Origin: Octopus vulgaris
Lineage: Eukaryota
Direction of reading: 5' to 3'
Assembly: GCA_951406725.2 (NCBI GenBank)
Contig: OX597815.1
Location: 211,296,001 to 211,360,000 of the forward strand
DNA: 64,000 bases
The position numbers and the translations under genes were made by a program. Below the pieces are notes generated by a model. That model was not told the origin of the DNA. It did no database searches and saw only the letters and a program-made list of their open reading frames with translations. How positions within the stretch are numbered: position 1 is the stretch's first letter; each line of letters begins with the position of its first letter. Below are positions 1 to 13,654 of this stretch, one piece after another.

Positions 1-689
1 GTAAACAGGAGGACGAAAGAGAGATGATGTACTGCTGGGTAGGTTGCAAGAATGTTTGGAGAAGAGAAACAGACACAGTGTTTAAGGAGAGTATAACCGT
101 TTGGTAGAAGAGAAAGTGGTGATGGTGGTGGTGGTGGTGGTGATGGAGGAAAACAGTGACATGGAACTTGCTTTATGTTTTTTTTACAATTCCATGTTGA
201 TATTCAAAAAAAAATCTTTCGTTTTTACAATTCCAAATCCATTTTTTTCACCTAGTTTTAAGAATTATATACTGTACTGAGGTGACTTCTTCAAAATAAA
301 TTTATATATTTGATTTCAAAAGTTATGCATGCACACACACACACAAACAGAATCAGACATGTATGCACATGTACGATTGTCATCACATTTGAATTTCAGT
401 CAGTCTTCCTTGGTGAGTGCTTATGTGATATGGTGTGAAAATCTATTTAGATGTGCATACATCTAAGTATACATACGCTAACAATAAAAACATACGAGAA
501 AATATGCATGCATATACACACATGTGAATGTGCAGAGATATATAAGTACGAGAGTGTGTGGTGTGTGTAATATATATATAGATATTTATGTATATATATG
601 TATATAACTTATATGCAGAGAGAGTGAAGAGATTTGATCTGATGTCAGTCTTATATATTAATTTAACACACACACACACACACATACAC

Positions 690-725
<36 letters not shown>

Positions 726-800
726 ATGTATGAATGTATAAAGACAACATATATATAATATATGCACACATACATCCACATATATATAACTGTGTGTGTG

Positions 801-863
<63 letters not shown>

Positions 864-947
864 TTGATATTTATTTATATATGTATGTATATAACTTCAG
901 AGAGAGTGAAGAGATTTGATCTGATGTCAGTCTTGTATATTAATTTA

Positions 948-995
<48 letters not shown>

Positions 996-1328
996 ATATA
1001 AACACAACATATATATACTATATGCACATATACATACACACATACATCCACATATATATAACATTGTGTGTGTGTGTATTCTTGTATGTATGTATGTATG
1101 AATGAATGAATTCATATTATATGTGTAGTATTTTAGTGTAAGAAGAGGCAAACATTTTTTACAAATATATTTTGTCATTAAAATTAAATAGTATCATACT
1201 GATACACTGTATAGTTTACATTATAAAAACAGTCTATTTCAGGAGAGTAGCGTAGAGGTGTTTTCGAATTTGTTATCTTCTGATGGAATAACAGCAAGTT
1301 TTGGAAAATATATCTCTATTATATATAA

Positions 1329-1752
1329 GGAGTAGCTGTGTGGTAAGTAGCTTGCTAACCAACCACATGGTTCCGGGTTCAGTCCCACTGCGTGGCATCT
1401 TGGGCAAGTGTCTTCTGCTTCTGCTATAGCCCCGGGCCAACCAATGCCTTGTGAGTGGATTTGGTAGACAGAAACTGTCGTATATATGTATATATATATA
1501 TAGAAGCCTGTCGTATATATGTATATATATATATATATGTATGTGTGTTTGTGTGTCTGTGTTTATCCCCCTAGCATTGCTAGACAACCGATGCTGGTGT
1601 GTTTACGTCCCCGTCACTTAGCGGTTCGGCAAAAGAGACCGATAGAATAAGTACTGGACTTACAAAGAATAAGTCCCGGGGTCGATTTGCTCGACAACCG
1701 GCGGTGCTCCAGCATGGCCGCAGTCAAATGACTGAAACAAGTAAAAAAAAGA
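1329..1752 (+). mobile_element. tRNA-derived SINE family A, near full length (internal TA/TG microsatellite)
   Basis: A-box-like TAGCTGTGTGG and B-box-like GGTTCAGTCC head. Body is near-identical to copies at 52388, 23878 and 19943. Confidence 0.85.
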
Positions 1753-2485
1753 GTATATAAATGATATGCAGTGAGGATCAACAGATTTGATCTGATATCA
1801 GTTTTATATATTAATTTATGGAAAAGGTGGCAAGGTTTAGCACCAGGACGAGCATCTGGCTATAAAACAATACTTCGAATAGCAGATTTCTCCAACCTAT
1901 GCAAGCATGAAAACAGATGAACAAATGGTATAGGCTCTTGTTCAGTCAATTTGACCATGATTCAGTTAGTGTGCTGTATATGGTGAAGTGAACCAGGAAT
2001 TGGAGAAGGTGAGTTGGTGGATGAATTCACCAGATTTCAAAAGGTGAGTGGGAGCTAGAGATAGAGAGAAGGGGAGGGCTTTGAGAGGGGCATATTGTGT
2101 GCAAGTAGATAGGTGGTTCTGTGAAGAAGAATGGAGGGCGAGGGAGCAACGGTGGTGAGTATGTATGGGAAAGGAATGGGTCATGAACATGGACTTTGCT
2201 TTGTTGGATTTCTTCTAAAGCACAGCATTTTATTAATTGTCTTGGTCAAATTGTCTTGGTTTGATAGAAGAGACCAACAGAATAAGTACCAGCTCTAAAA
2301 CAAAAATGCATTAGGGTCAATTCATTCAACTAAAACCCTTCAAGATGATGCCTCAGTGTGGCCACAGCCCAATAACTGAGTCCTTTTTAAAGATACTTGA
2401 GTAAGGGAGAGATATAACAACTGAATGATTATGTAGAGGCCCCTACATAAGCTCATCTATTTCTCTTTCTCCAGCTCTCTATATC

Positions 2486-2516
<31 letters not shown>

Positions 2517-3214
2517 GCATGTGTGTTTGTGTGTTTGTGTGTGTGGAGACCCCCACAGGGTGGGAGCGACTTGCAGCACGGGGGGAGGTTTAGTGAGACT
2601 ACATCCAGAAAACTACAAGCAACTTTGAGAAGGCCAGATGACAAACATCAAAGGTTTCATCCTCAAAATCCCCATTCGACCAAAGACTACATATTTGCCC
2701 ATAGTAAACCATAGCTTGCCATTCAAGGGATCAGCTGACACAGTTACTTAAAGACCTGTTGCTTTATCCTCATGATCTATGGACATGAAGAACTATCATC
2801 ATCATCATGTATGTCTGTATGTATATTATGAATGGAGAAATATAAGGAACAGAAGCCAAGTTAGTCTTATCTGAGGAGCAGTCAACAAACTATGAAATAG
2901 TTTATCAGGGGACTCTCTCTCATTTTCAAACGGTAGTGCCCCAGCATTGCCACAGCCTCTAGCTGGAACAATTAAAAGTAAATACATACACACACATATA
3001 TATAAATGTAGACGTTATCATTGAAGATGAAGTCGTATATCAGTTGTTGTGAAATGAAAAATAGATGTTTACAAATATAATCATTTTAGTATAAATATTT
3101 TTGTTTATTAAATTAATATAAATTTCAGACAGAGATTAAAGCAGCTTATAAAATACCAAGCCTTTATACAAGATTAATATTTAGAAATTTAAAAATAAAC
3201 TTAAGACTTAATTC

Positions 3215-3257
<43 letters not shown>

Positions 3258-3469
3258 GGATAATCATTTTTCCTAAGAATATTTTTACATAAAATTGTGT
3301 GTGTGTTTTTCAGAGTGTTCTTGTGTGTACGTGCAGGTATATACATGCTTGTTGGATAATATATACCATTGCTTGCCCAAATTCAGAAGCTGGTGGATAA
3401 TTAGTTATATTACAATGTGTATCAGTATAATAATGTACAGTGAAATTATCCCAATAATAATAAAAATCC

Positions 3470-4240
3470 TTGCTACTATAAGCACAAGGCCTGGCATTTT
3501 GGGGGAGAGAATAGTCGATTGCATCGACCCCAGTACTCAACTGGTACTTATATTATCAACCATGAAAGGATGAAAGGTAAAGTCGACCTTGGCAGAATTT
3601 GAACCCAATGCAAACACAAATGCCACTAAGCATTTTGCTTGGCATGCTGATAATTCTGCCGTCTCAGGTACAAGGCTTGAAATTTGGCAGGGTTATTCAG
3701 CTACATTGACCCCCCCAATGTTTGACTGGTACTTATTTTATTGATCCCATAAGAATGACAGGCAGAGTTGAGCAGCATTTGAACACAGAACATACAAGCG
3801 AAATGTTGGTTAGGATTTTGTTCAAAGTGGTAACGATTCTGCCACCTTTCCACCTAAATTAATAATAATAATAATAACAATAGCAAGAGAACTCAGAGAT
3901 CACAAACCTCTGCCAAGGCAACACCAACGTCCTCTCGACACATTACTACTACTACTACTACTAATAATAATAATAATAATACTTTGATGACATACACTGC
4001 TCTCTCACTCAATAATAATAATAATAATCCTTTCTAGTATAGACACAAGGCCAGCAACTTTTGGGGAGGGGATGAGTCGATTACATCGACCCCAATGCTT
4101 GGTTAGTACTTTTACCATCAACCCCCAAATGATGAGTGGCAAAGTTGACCTAGGCAGAATTTGAACACAGAATGTAAAATGGATGAAATGTCCCTGAGCA
4201 TTTTATCTGACAGGTTAACAATTCTGCCATTTTGCTACCT
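3470..4240 (-). mobile_element. Three diverged copies of SINE family C
   Basis: Repeated core GAGTTCAAATTC..GGTCGACTTTGCCTTTCATCC..AGTACCAG on the minus strand, matching 29340-29560. Confidence 0.7.
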
Positions 4241-4241
4241 T

Positions 4242-4242
<1 letters not shown>

Positions 4243-4307
<65 letters not shown>

Positions 4308-4374
4308 AAGAAGAAGAAGAAGAAGAAGAAGAAGAAGAAGAAGAAGAAGAAGAAGAAGAAGAAGAAGAAGAAGA
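4243..4374. repeat. Compound (AAT)n(AAG)n microsatellite
   Basis: Seen directly. Confidence 0.97.
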
Positions 4375-4795
4375 ATGCAAAATTGTTTGGGATTTTCCAG
4401 ACATAACAATAATAGATAAAGAAAAGCAAAGTTGCTTACTAATTGATCCCTCATGTATATTTGATTCCAGGATTGTAAAGAAAGAGGATGTAAAATTTAA
4501 AGAAATGCAACCCCTTAAAATTTGAAATTGTAAGAATTTGGAGTATGAAAACTGTAAAATTGGGCCTGTAATAATTGGTGCATTAGGAACTGTGAGTAAA
4601 GATATAGACGAATGGTTGAAGGAGATTGGAATAGAATATCTTGTAGAGCTGCTACAGAAAGCTTTGCCTCTTAGGAACAAGATTATTGAGCACTGGAAAG
4701 ACTATTGAAAGCTTGTGGATACCTAAGGTTTACACGTAGTAACCTGGTACCCACATAAATTCTACAGGAATAAGAAGAAACCTGAGTCAGATCAA
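4375..4795 (+). mobile_element. 5'-truncated RLE-type non-LTR retrotransposon (R4/Dong-like) 3' end
   Basis: Frameshifted PD..IID..LLID..C..KYxxLKFEI..IW..PVIIGALG restriction-like endonuclease C-terminus; ends in CAA/AAT repeats. Confidence 0.75.
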
Positions 4796-4964
4796 CAACA
4801 ACAACAACAATAATAATTAATTCTGGTTTAATAATAATAATAATAATAATGATGATAATAATAATAATGATAATGATAATAATGATAATGAATGACGCCA
4901 CCCCGTTGGCTAAGCGAGCAGGCCAAAAGAAGAAAGAGTGGGAGAAAGAGTGGTGAAAGATATA

Positions 4965-5365
4965 GTTGTCAGAGATCATGAAGGAAAAAATGCTTTCTAA
5001 TTGATGTATCAATACCGGCAGATGACAACGTGTCTCTAAAAGAAATGGAGAAACTCTCAAAATACAAAGACCTGGAAATAGAGGTAACTAGAATGTGGAA
5101 TCTGAAAACAGAAACAATTCCTATCATAGTAGGTGCATTAGGCATGATAAAAAAATATTCAGACAAATACATAACAAAAACACCAGGACTTACAAACACA
5201 TATAACATACAGAAAATTGCACTACTAGGCACTGCACACATCCTACACAGAACACTTTCAATACAATAACCATCAGAGCATCACAACAAATCATACCCAA
5301 GGCACACAGAGCTACGCTCGATAGTAAGTGAAAGCACGCTATAAAAATAAAACGACGGAATAATG
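4965..5365 (+). mobile_element. Second RLE-type (R4/Dong-like) 3' fragment
   Basis: KCFLIDVSIPADDNVSLKEMEKLSKYKDLEIEVTRMWNLKTETIPIIVGALG (ORF 5030-5269), followed by a 3' UTR and a TAA/TGA tail. Confidence 0.82.
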
Positions 5366-5899
5366 ATGATGATGATTGTTGAAATAGTCAATCAAAAGAT
5401 TCAACTGGAAGGAGAGACAAATTCTACAGAAATATTACATGGCAAAAAAAAAATCACAACCACAATCAAAGAATGCCTATAACTAGTCTTTACTGTATCT
5501 CAAAGAATACATTGTAATGAAAAGTGAACATAATTCTTTAAACAAAATAAACAGTTCCACTGCGACCAAAAACGATTTTATCAAAAAGTGGGCAAAAATA
5601 AAATAGAAATCGATGTAGTGCTAAGAACACAAGAAGTAAAAGTATTTTGTGGAGAAGTACAAACAACAAACAAATATGCAGGGATGAAAATGTTCAAAAC
5701 AAACAAGTGCAGAACCCAAACAACTGTGAGAAGCAATAACAGTACAAAATTAGCTTCGACACTACTAAAACCAAATAAAACTAAAACAGCGATACTAAAG
5801 CATCGGAAATTGATAAAAAATTTCCAGACTTCTGATTGAAATATTTCATATGCGCATATAAATATTTAATTATCTTAATGGAAACAAAAAAAAAAGGAA

Positions 5900-7560
5900 A
5901 GAAACAAAACTTGAATAGCTCACCAAAAGGAAAAACCATCTTAATCCTAGAGATTTAAAAGACAACCATCAGAATCGAAGTCATTCCCAGAGGAACGGAA
6001 AGAATGTTGCAATGGTTCGTGGTTGTTCTAACGCTCAATGTCTGATCAACAAAGCTAAATCAGATAAAGACTTATAGAAGGAGAAAGAAGAGTTCGACTA
6101 TGGCATGGATTGATTTCCAAAAGATCTTTGGCAGACTTCACTGCTTGTACTTACAAAAAGTATTAACCATGTGTCAGGAAACACCAATAAGAAGCAAGTA
6201 CCCGAAATGTGTTACGGATAAATGAAAACCGATTCTGCGGATACAAACAAAAAATGAATTTTCATTAGATATACTGGCGAAAATAAATTTAAGACCGATG
6301 ATAAAAGTTCTATTTCTTACAAAATATTTTGTTACTAACACCATACAAATTATTTTTATCTTTTACACCTTATGCAGAATTTATTTCTCTTTTGAATGAT
6401 GCAGAGGATAACTATTTTTGTACAGAACTTTTATCATCGGTCTTAAATTTATTTTCGCCAGTGTAAGTAATATTGTAAGGGGACACTCTTTCTCCATTTC
6501 ATTTCAAACTAGCATTAAAACACTTTCAATCAATGGGCTGGACTCAGATATAGATGCTCGGAGAAAGCAATCAATATATTTTTTTAAAGCATAGATGACA
6601 CGAAGTTGTACGCTGCCAAGCACAAGGTCCAGTCCTTGCTGCAGTGTGATGGCTTGTGTGTCATATTGATCCTAAGAGCTATGCCAATGGAGTGTAAGCT
6701 CCTGGTAGGTCCTCTCATTATGGACAGGTCAAAGGATTAGAGGCCAGACTAATATGGACCACCTCTTCTCAAACGTAAAAATTGGTTTGTGTCGAGTGAA
6801 GGTATAGAAACATCGATGACAATTCAGAACCAGCAGGACCTGGGAGAGGAGGGCCTTCCTTCAGGGAAACATATGACGTTGGGAAATGAAATCCGAAAGG
6901 GAGTTGCACGGAAGAACAGGGGCCCAGGTGGAGAGAAGCAGAAAACAGTGCAGAACACTAGCGTAGCCAGAGTGTGTGCCGCCCGATGCGACCCTCCCGT
7001 TTGCTGCCTCCAGACCCCACAGAAAGTCATATTGCCTACAGCAAACCCAAAAGTGGTGTCACTTTAAAGGTACCGCCCCTATCGCACACCTCCCCTCCAC
7101 ACTAATACACACCTCCTCCAGCTACGCTAGTAGTCTAGAGTCGAAAACAGTAGAGATTGATCATCGACAGCCTACGTTCCACAGAGACCGAAGGGCTTAA
7201 GTAAGTTGTACAATGCAGGTAATAAAGAGCTGGAAGCACTCTTTTTTTTTACAAGAATACAAAGAATCTGTATAGAAATTTGGTTTTGAAAAATGTGTAA
7301 ATGCAACATTTGAAAGGAAGCAGAGTAACGGAAAATAATTTTAAAAAACAAATTTTAGATAAAGAAACGGAGATCGGGGAATTAGATTAACCACGGGTTT
7401 ACAAATACATAGAAACTACACAGGGTACAACCCACTCAAATGAAAGAGATTAGGAAAGAATATTTTAGGTGCATTAGATTAATCCTTAAAACCGAGCAAA
7501 AAAATAACATAATAAATATCATTACGCAAGTGATTCTAGCAATAAGTTACCGTATTCTAA
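5900..7560 (+). mobile_element. Highly decayed reverse transcriptase of an RLE-type LINE, broken by insertions
   Basis: Ordered RT remnants across frames: (K)GKTILI ~5925, QCLINKA ~6035, MAWIDFQK ~6100, GDTLSP ~6480, IDDTKLYA ~6592, FGFEKC ~7278, YKYI ~7400. Confidence 0.6.
6640..6790 (+). mobile_element. RTE/Expander-like LINE 5' UTR fragment
   Basis: GGCTTGTGTGTC..GATCCTAAGAGCTATG..CTCCTGGTAGG..CAGGTCAAAGG..GAGGCCAGAC resembles RTE-clade 5' UTRs (recalled similarity, not a search result). Confidence 0.45.
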
Positions 7561-8424
7561 CTGTAAAATAAGAAAAATAACGAATAAAGTTAGATTACAC
7601 AATTGTAATTTCATTCGTATTTGTGGATGTGTGCAGATGTCTGATCCAGGAATTTCATAGGGCGTGGTCCCTTAAGCATTTAACATGTATGGATGGATGG
7701 ATGGATGGATAGATGGATGGATGGACGGACGGACGGATGAATGGATGGATGTATTATGCAGCATAGCTGTGTGGTTAAGAAGCTATGTTTCTGAGTTCGA
7801 TCTGAATGGATGACACCTATATTCTATATTATATTGTAATCCAGGGTTAACCAATGTCTTCCACTTGGAATCTGGTAGTCGAAAACCGCACAGAGGCCTT
7901 TGGTGTGTATATCTGTACGTGCACCTGCACGTGTGTGTATGTGTGTGTGTGTGTGTCTGTGTGTGTATGTGTGTGTGTGTATGTGTACCATTTTAACAAA
8001 AGCTACATCGAGCTGCATCATTTTCCGTCAATATGGTCGACTACAAATATATTGAAGATGATGCACTAACATCACCGCATATATATACATATATACGCTA
8101 GAAGAAAATCCTCTAAGATCTCACTACAAAGAAAGAATGTTCTCTAGAGAAATTCAGCAAACACTAGAAGATAAGCGGGTAAGACATGAAAATATAAAAA
8201 ATACATTTCTTCTAGCATATTGGATGTCCACCAAGTGGTCATTCCTTATTATACGCAGGTATTACGATTTTTCTGAATTTTCAGATTTTTCTGTACAACC
8301 GTTTCTTGCCAATTGTGTGAACTGGAGCAACATGCAATAAAGTGACTTGCACAAGGACGCAATGTGCCGCCGAGTATTGAACTCACGACCTTATGATTGT
8401 AAGCCAAATATCCTAAACATGATG

Positions 8425-8479
8425 TGCATATATATATATACATACACATATATATATACATGCATATATATATACATGC

Positions 8480-8510
<31 letters not shown>

Positions 8511-8632
8511 CATATACATATACATATATACATATACATATATATATATACATATACATATATACATATACATATATATATATACATACATACATATATA
8601 TATACATACATACATATATATACATACATACA

Positions 8633-8672
<40 letters not shown>

Positions 8673-8785
8673 CATACATACATATATATATACATACATA
8701 CATATATATATATATACATACATATATACATACATACATATATATATACATACATACATATATATACATACATACATATATATAC

Positions 8786-8840
<55 letters not shown>

Positions 8841-8875
8841 CATATATACATACATATATACATACATACATATAC

Positions 8876-8914
<39 letters not shown>

Positions 8915-8975
8915 CATACATATATATACATAAATATATCCGTATGTATATATATGTACGCATATATATATATAC
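8425..8975. repeat. ~550 bp compound (TA)/(TACA) microsatellite
   Basis: Seen directly; source of several spurious Y/I/M/C ORFs. Confidence 0.97.
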
Positions 8976-9610
8976 TTTTGTGTGTATGTGTGTGTACATA
9001 TCATGTATGATAGTTTCTGTTTGTCTTTAATATTTTTCATTAGTGACTTCGAAGTTTCTTCGGTCGTTGCCCTCTCAAGTTGTAGACAGTCCAAGTAGGT
9101 AGGAGGGGCGTTCTTTATTTATTTTCATGGATGGGTGTGTTAAATACAACGTGGGAGGAGTTGGATCCAATAATGAAATTGGTTTGGTCAGTATTATAAT
9201 TATTATTATTGTTATTATTACTGTTATTATTATTATTATTATTAGTTTACTTACTAAGTTTATTAAATGGTGGTAGTTCGCGGAAGTGAGCGAAAAGTGA
9301 TGGAAGGAGTAGTAGAGGAGGGGATAGAAGAAGCAAGAAATGGCATATTAATAACACAGAACGTGAAGACGAAAGAAGAGTAGATGAGAAAGAGAAGGGG
9401 CAGGAGTTGTGGTGAGTGTGGAAGATATGAAACGAAATTGAAGCAATTTAATATGTTTGAATTAGTAAAAGATAATTATTAATGCTCACAAATTATAAAT
9501 TACCATCAGTGACCATAATCTCACATACGGATGCACACACGCCACACACACATATATATATCGGTACACACACTACACACACACAAGCACATACACAAAC
9601 GTAAATATAT

Positions 9611-9658
<48 letters not shown>

Positions 9659-9750
9659 GCATATATATATATATATATACATATATATATTTATGTATGT
9701 ATACGCATATATGTTATATATATATATATATATATAAATAGTCATTACTG

Positions 9751-9902
9751 TAGTCAAGATAAAACTCTGAGTTTCAGATGCCGAAGTGGAAATCAGAGTT
9801 TTATCTTGACTACCGAGTAATGTAACATATTGTATAGATAATTTCCTCTATTTACATAATATTGAGGTCTCTTTCTTTCTTTTGTTATCTTACCGTTTTA
9901 TC
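9751..9902. mobile_element. Internally deleted copy of the foldback element at 46279-46538
   Basis: Near-identical blocks TAGTCAAGATAAAACTCTGAGTTTCAGATGCCGAAGTGGAAATC and TCAGAGTTTTATCTTGACTACCGAGTAATG...GTTATCTTACCGTTTTA. Confidence 0.85.
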
Positions 9903-10094
9903 AATATATATAAATATATATATATATATATTTACATACGCATATATGTACATATATGTATATGTACATATATATACACATATATATGTATATAGACGTG
10001 TATATATACATATATATATAAATATATATCGGAGTAAGCACATACAAGTGAAACAAGTTGGAAAAAAGAGTACTCAAATACCAGAGGTGGAGTA

Positions 10095-10277
10095 ATATGC
10101 TTTATTTAAAAGCAGCAGAAATATAACAAAAGCTGTTACTCAGAGTTTCATGTTCCCGTTCGTCGGACAGTTTTGTTATATTTGGTTCTATTTTAACAAA
10201 ACTGTCCGAAGAACGGGAACGTGAAGCTCCGAGTAACAGCTTTTGTTACATTTCTGCTGCTTTTAAATAAAGTATAT
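10095..10277. repeat. Foldback palindrome, ~84 bp arms with ~15 nt spacer; putative inverted Penelope pLTR pair
   Basis: Arms 10095-10178 and 10194-10277 are reverse complements with about 6 mismatches. Confidence 0.9.
10133..10170 (-). ncRNA. Putative minimal type I hammerhead ribozyme, CCGANGA core variant (mirror copy 10202-10239 +)
   Basis: CUGU-CCGACGA-ACG GGAA C(A/G)U-GAAA-CUC U GAG-UA-ACAG: stems I, II and III plus a GUA cleavage triplet. Confidence 0.6.
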
Positions 10278-10348
10278 AAATATATATATATGTGTATATA
10301 TGTAAATATATACGTATACATAAATATATCCGTATGTATATATATGTA

Positions 10349-10399
<51 letters not shown>

Positions 10400-10594
10400 G
10401 TATGTGTATATATGTACTTATACATATGTACGTATATATATATGTATGTATATATATATATATGTATTATATATATATGTGTACTTATACATATGTACGT
10501 ATATATATATGTATGTATATATATATATGTATTATATATATATATGTGTACTTATACATATGTACGTATATATATATGTATGTATATATATATG

Positions 10595-10640
<46 letters not shown>

Positions 10641-10816
10641 ATGTGTGTGTGTACATATGTACGTATATATATTTATATACTAGCAGCTAAGCCCGGTTTC
10701 ACGTCTACTTATATATATACGTATATATATGTATATATGTACATATTTATATATATATATATATATATACTTCTATTTATATACTTTAATATATATATAT
10801 ATATATACATGCATAC

Positions 10817-10857
<41 letters not shown>

Positions 10858-10905
10858 CTTCTATTTATATACTTTATATATATATATATATATATACATG
10901 CATAC

Positions 10906-10946
<41 letters not shown>

Positions 10947-11059
10947 CATATATACATGCATATATATATACATACATACACATACATATATACATGCATA
11001 TATATATACGTATGTGTATATATGTACGTATATACATATGTACGTATATACATATGTAC

Positions 11060-11097
<38 letters not shown>

Positions 11098-11131
11098 GTA
11101 TGTGTATATATGTACTTATACATATGTACGT

Positions 11132-11166
<35 letters not shown>

Positions 11167-11168
11167 CA
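10278..11168. repeat. ~900 bp compound TA/TATG/TACA microsatellite field with higher-order units
   Basis: Seen directly; the unit GTGTACTTATACATATGTACGTATATA recurs. Confidence 0.95.
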
Positions 11169-12201
11169 GAAAGGGGCCAGTTGGTCAGTGCATGACCTGC
11201 TGTAAGTAAAGGTTATAAAAACCAAAATAAGAGAAAGTTAAGGATAGAAAAAACACACACACAACCACAGATAGATGAGCATGTATAAGGAACTTGAAAA
11301 ATCTGGATCCAAACTTTTCATTTAAGAGAATTGATCTGAAAATGTTTTGGGAAACAAAATGAACTCCAACGTGTCCTATTTGTTTTCCTGGTAATTTTAG
11401 CATGTTGAACGACTCCTTGGAGAATGTCTCATTGCTTTAGAGAGGAAATATAAGTACATCATGCAGGCTTTGCTATGATAGGTATAGCTATGTGTTTAGA
11501 AGGGGATAGAGAAGCAGAGACCGTTGTAGTAGTGGTAGGGTGGCTGTAGAGATGAGACATCATATTGGCCAGTTATTGTTCATAGCATTTTCGTAAATGA
11601 ATGCAGCATCTTAACCACGTAAACACCATGCTGTTATTCCAATCTAATAGTCCTTGAGGGATCATAGCAGCTACGGGAACTGCAGCTCTCCTTCTTCGGT
11701 TTAACTAATAGTAAAAGAAAATAAAGGACATCAAGCGAGAGCAGCAGATAATTAGTAGTTTATGAGTTGATATGAGAAGTAACATTTCCAGCTATGGCTT
11801 TTGTCCCTCCCTCTTAAATTAATGACCACACACACACACACACACATGGAATCGTCTAGCATGAATCATGTGTTTTCATGAAAGAAATGTTAAATTATCT
11901 CAGAACACCACAGTCTCTTGCTAGATAATGATATAAAGAAGTCCAGCTGTTTCTTTACAAATGTCTCTTGTATTCTGTTTGAAACTTGTTTTGTACATCT
12001 TATTATATGTTTTATTTGTATATACAAAATGATTTGTTAAGAAGAAATAAATAGGTGTGTATAAATATGCATGAATGTATGTGCGGTTGTGTGTGTGTGT
12101 AATACCGCATGCAACCACATCTGTGATTTTTCAATGATAGTAAGACAGGAGGGCAAGTACAAGCAAAAACAGTGCTTCGTGTATTTATGCGTCAAACACA
12201 G

Positions 12202-12241
<40 letters not shown>

Positions 12242-12584
12242 TATATATATAAAGAGAGAGAGAGGAGAGAGAGAGAGAGATGCACACATACATATTTAAG
12301 GATATATATTTTGCATATACGTATGTGTGCGTGTGCACACGCGCAGGTTATCTTCTGTTTTTAATTATTTAAATTATTCATCTGAGGAAGGAGCTGCTTT
12401 CTAACAAAGATACAAAGCTCCGTCGTTGGAATGTAGATAACGAAAACAATGTCACATTTTAAACTTGAGAAAAGTGTTGCATTGTATTTGTAATATGCGA
12501 ATTAGTTGACTGATTTCCTCTTCTGAAAATCCAAGCTTGCGCACACTGTCAGTTAGGCATTTACTCACAAAAAAAAAAAAAACA

Positions 12585-13160
12585 AGTGCACCAATTATTA
12601 TTATTGCTGTAAACGTAAATTCGTAATCTGGATGTAACTGGAGGTTTCGAAGAAGTTATCCATAGTTATCCCCTTTCTAATTGATTTTCAAAGAGATGTA
12701 CTCATCAGCAGGACAGACGACCTCTATGACGCTACATACATTTTCTTGTTTGTCCCAAGCAATGAAATCCGGTTTGTTATGCTTACACTTGACTAATGCT
12801 TTGATGGAAATATTCCACCAGTATTCCTTGTGATGTTTCTGTATGTATTCAATAACAAGGATATTATCTATATTTATTCCAAGACAGTCTTTTTTCCGGA
12901 TGGCATTGATTGATTGATTGATTCTAGTTTCAGCTTATGAGCTGTGGCCATGCTGGGGCACCGCCATTATATACTGTTTTTGCAACAAAGTTGTGCCGCA
13001 TAAGTAGATGGTAGCTTGCTGTCATTTTTGGGTAGCTGCTAGCCACATGTGTGAGGTCTTCCAGAGAAGTATGACATAATCTACATTTTTGGTTGCATCT
13101 TGGAACCCCAAGGGCTTCACAGTCACTTGTGTTTCTTAGGTATTTAGTAGCAATCAGTTT
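12585..13160 (-). mobile_element. RLE-type non-LTR retrotransposon C-terminal fragment (CCHC zinc knuckle plus endonuclease), interrupted by a SINE tail at ~12907-12965
   Basis: CRLCHTSLEDLTHVASS(C>Y)P..RHNFVAK, then YWWN..KHNKPDFIAWDK..IEVVCPAD..IIIGAL. Confidence 0.75.
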
Positions 13161-13654
13161 GTAGCGCACACTCGAGTGTAATTCCTCTCTCCCCTTTATC
13201 ATATATACGTGCATCCGAACGTATCAGGTAACAGCTAGCCTTTGGCCGCTACTTGGACCCAGTTGTGTCCACTACTCTGATTGGTATTGGTACAATTTGT
13301 CCTTTACTATGTCGCGCCAATTTGCAGCATATAACCGATCGGAGCCTCTAAATAAAATCACGTGAGACAGCCTGTTCTCAACCCAATTTTGAGCCTACAA
13401 CTCCTTATAAAAATCCAGCTTCTCCGTGTCTTGAGGTCTTTGGTTTCAGGTCTTTTAATGTCTAGCCACTGACCACACAAGCCACAGCCAGTTCCAGCGA
13501 CAACACCACAGCAGCCACGCTGAGACTCACCAACTTCGTCCAACAGCATTCGGCGACCTCCATCACCACTGTCATCCTAACGTCAACATCTCTATGTACA
13601 TAAGTCAACAAGCAACTCGTCCAGGTTCCAACACTTCACTATTCATGAATTGGA

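Noticed and set aside
5030-5269. 79 aa ORF as a host gene
   Set aside because: It is the C-terminus of an RLE-type LINE ORF.
8249-11225. Long ORFs (up to 324 aa) rich in Y/I/M/C/H
   Set aside because: They are translations of TA/TACA microsatellites and are open in many frames on both strands.
11170-11700. Possible decayed LINE coding fragment on the minus strand
   Set aside because: No diagnostic motif recoverable.
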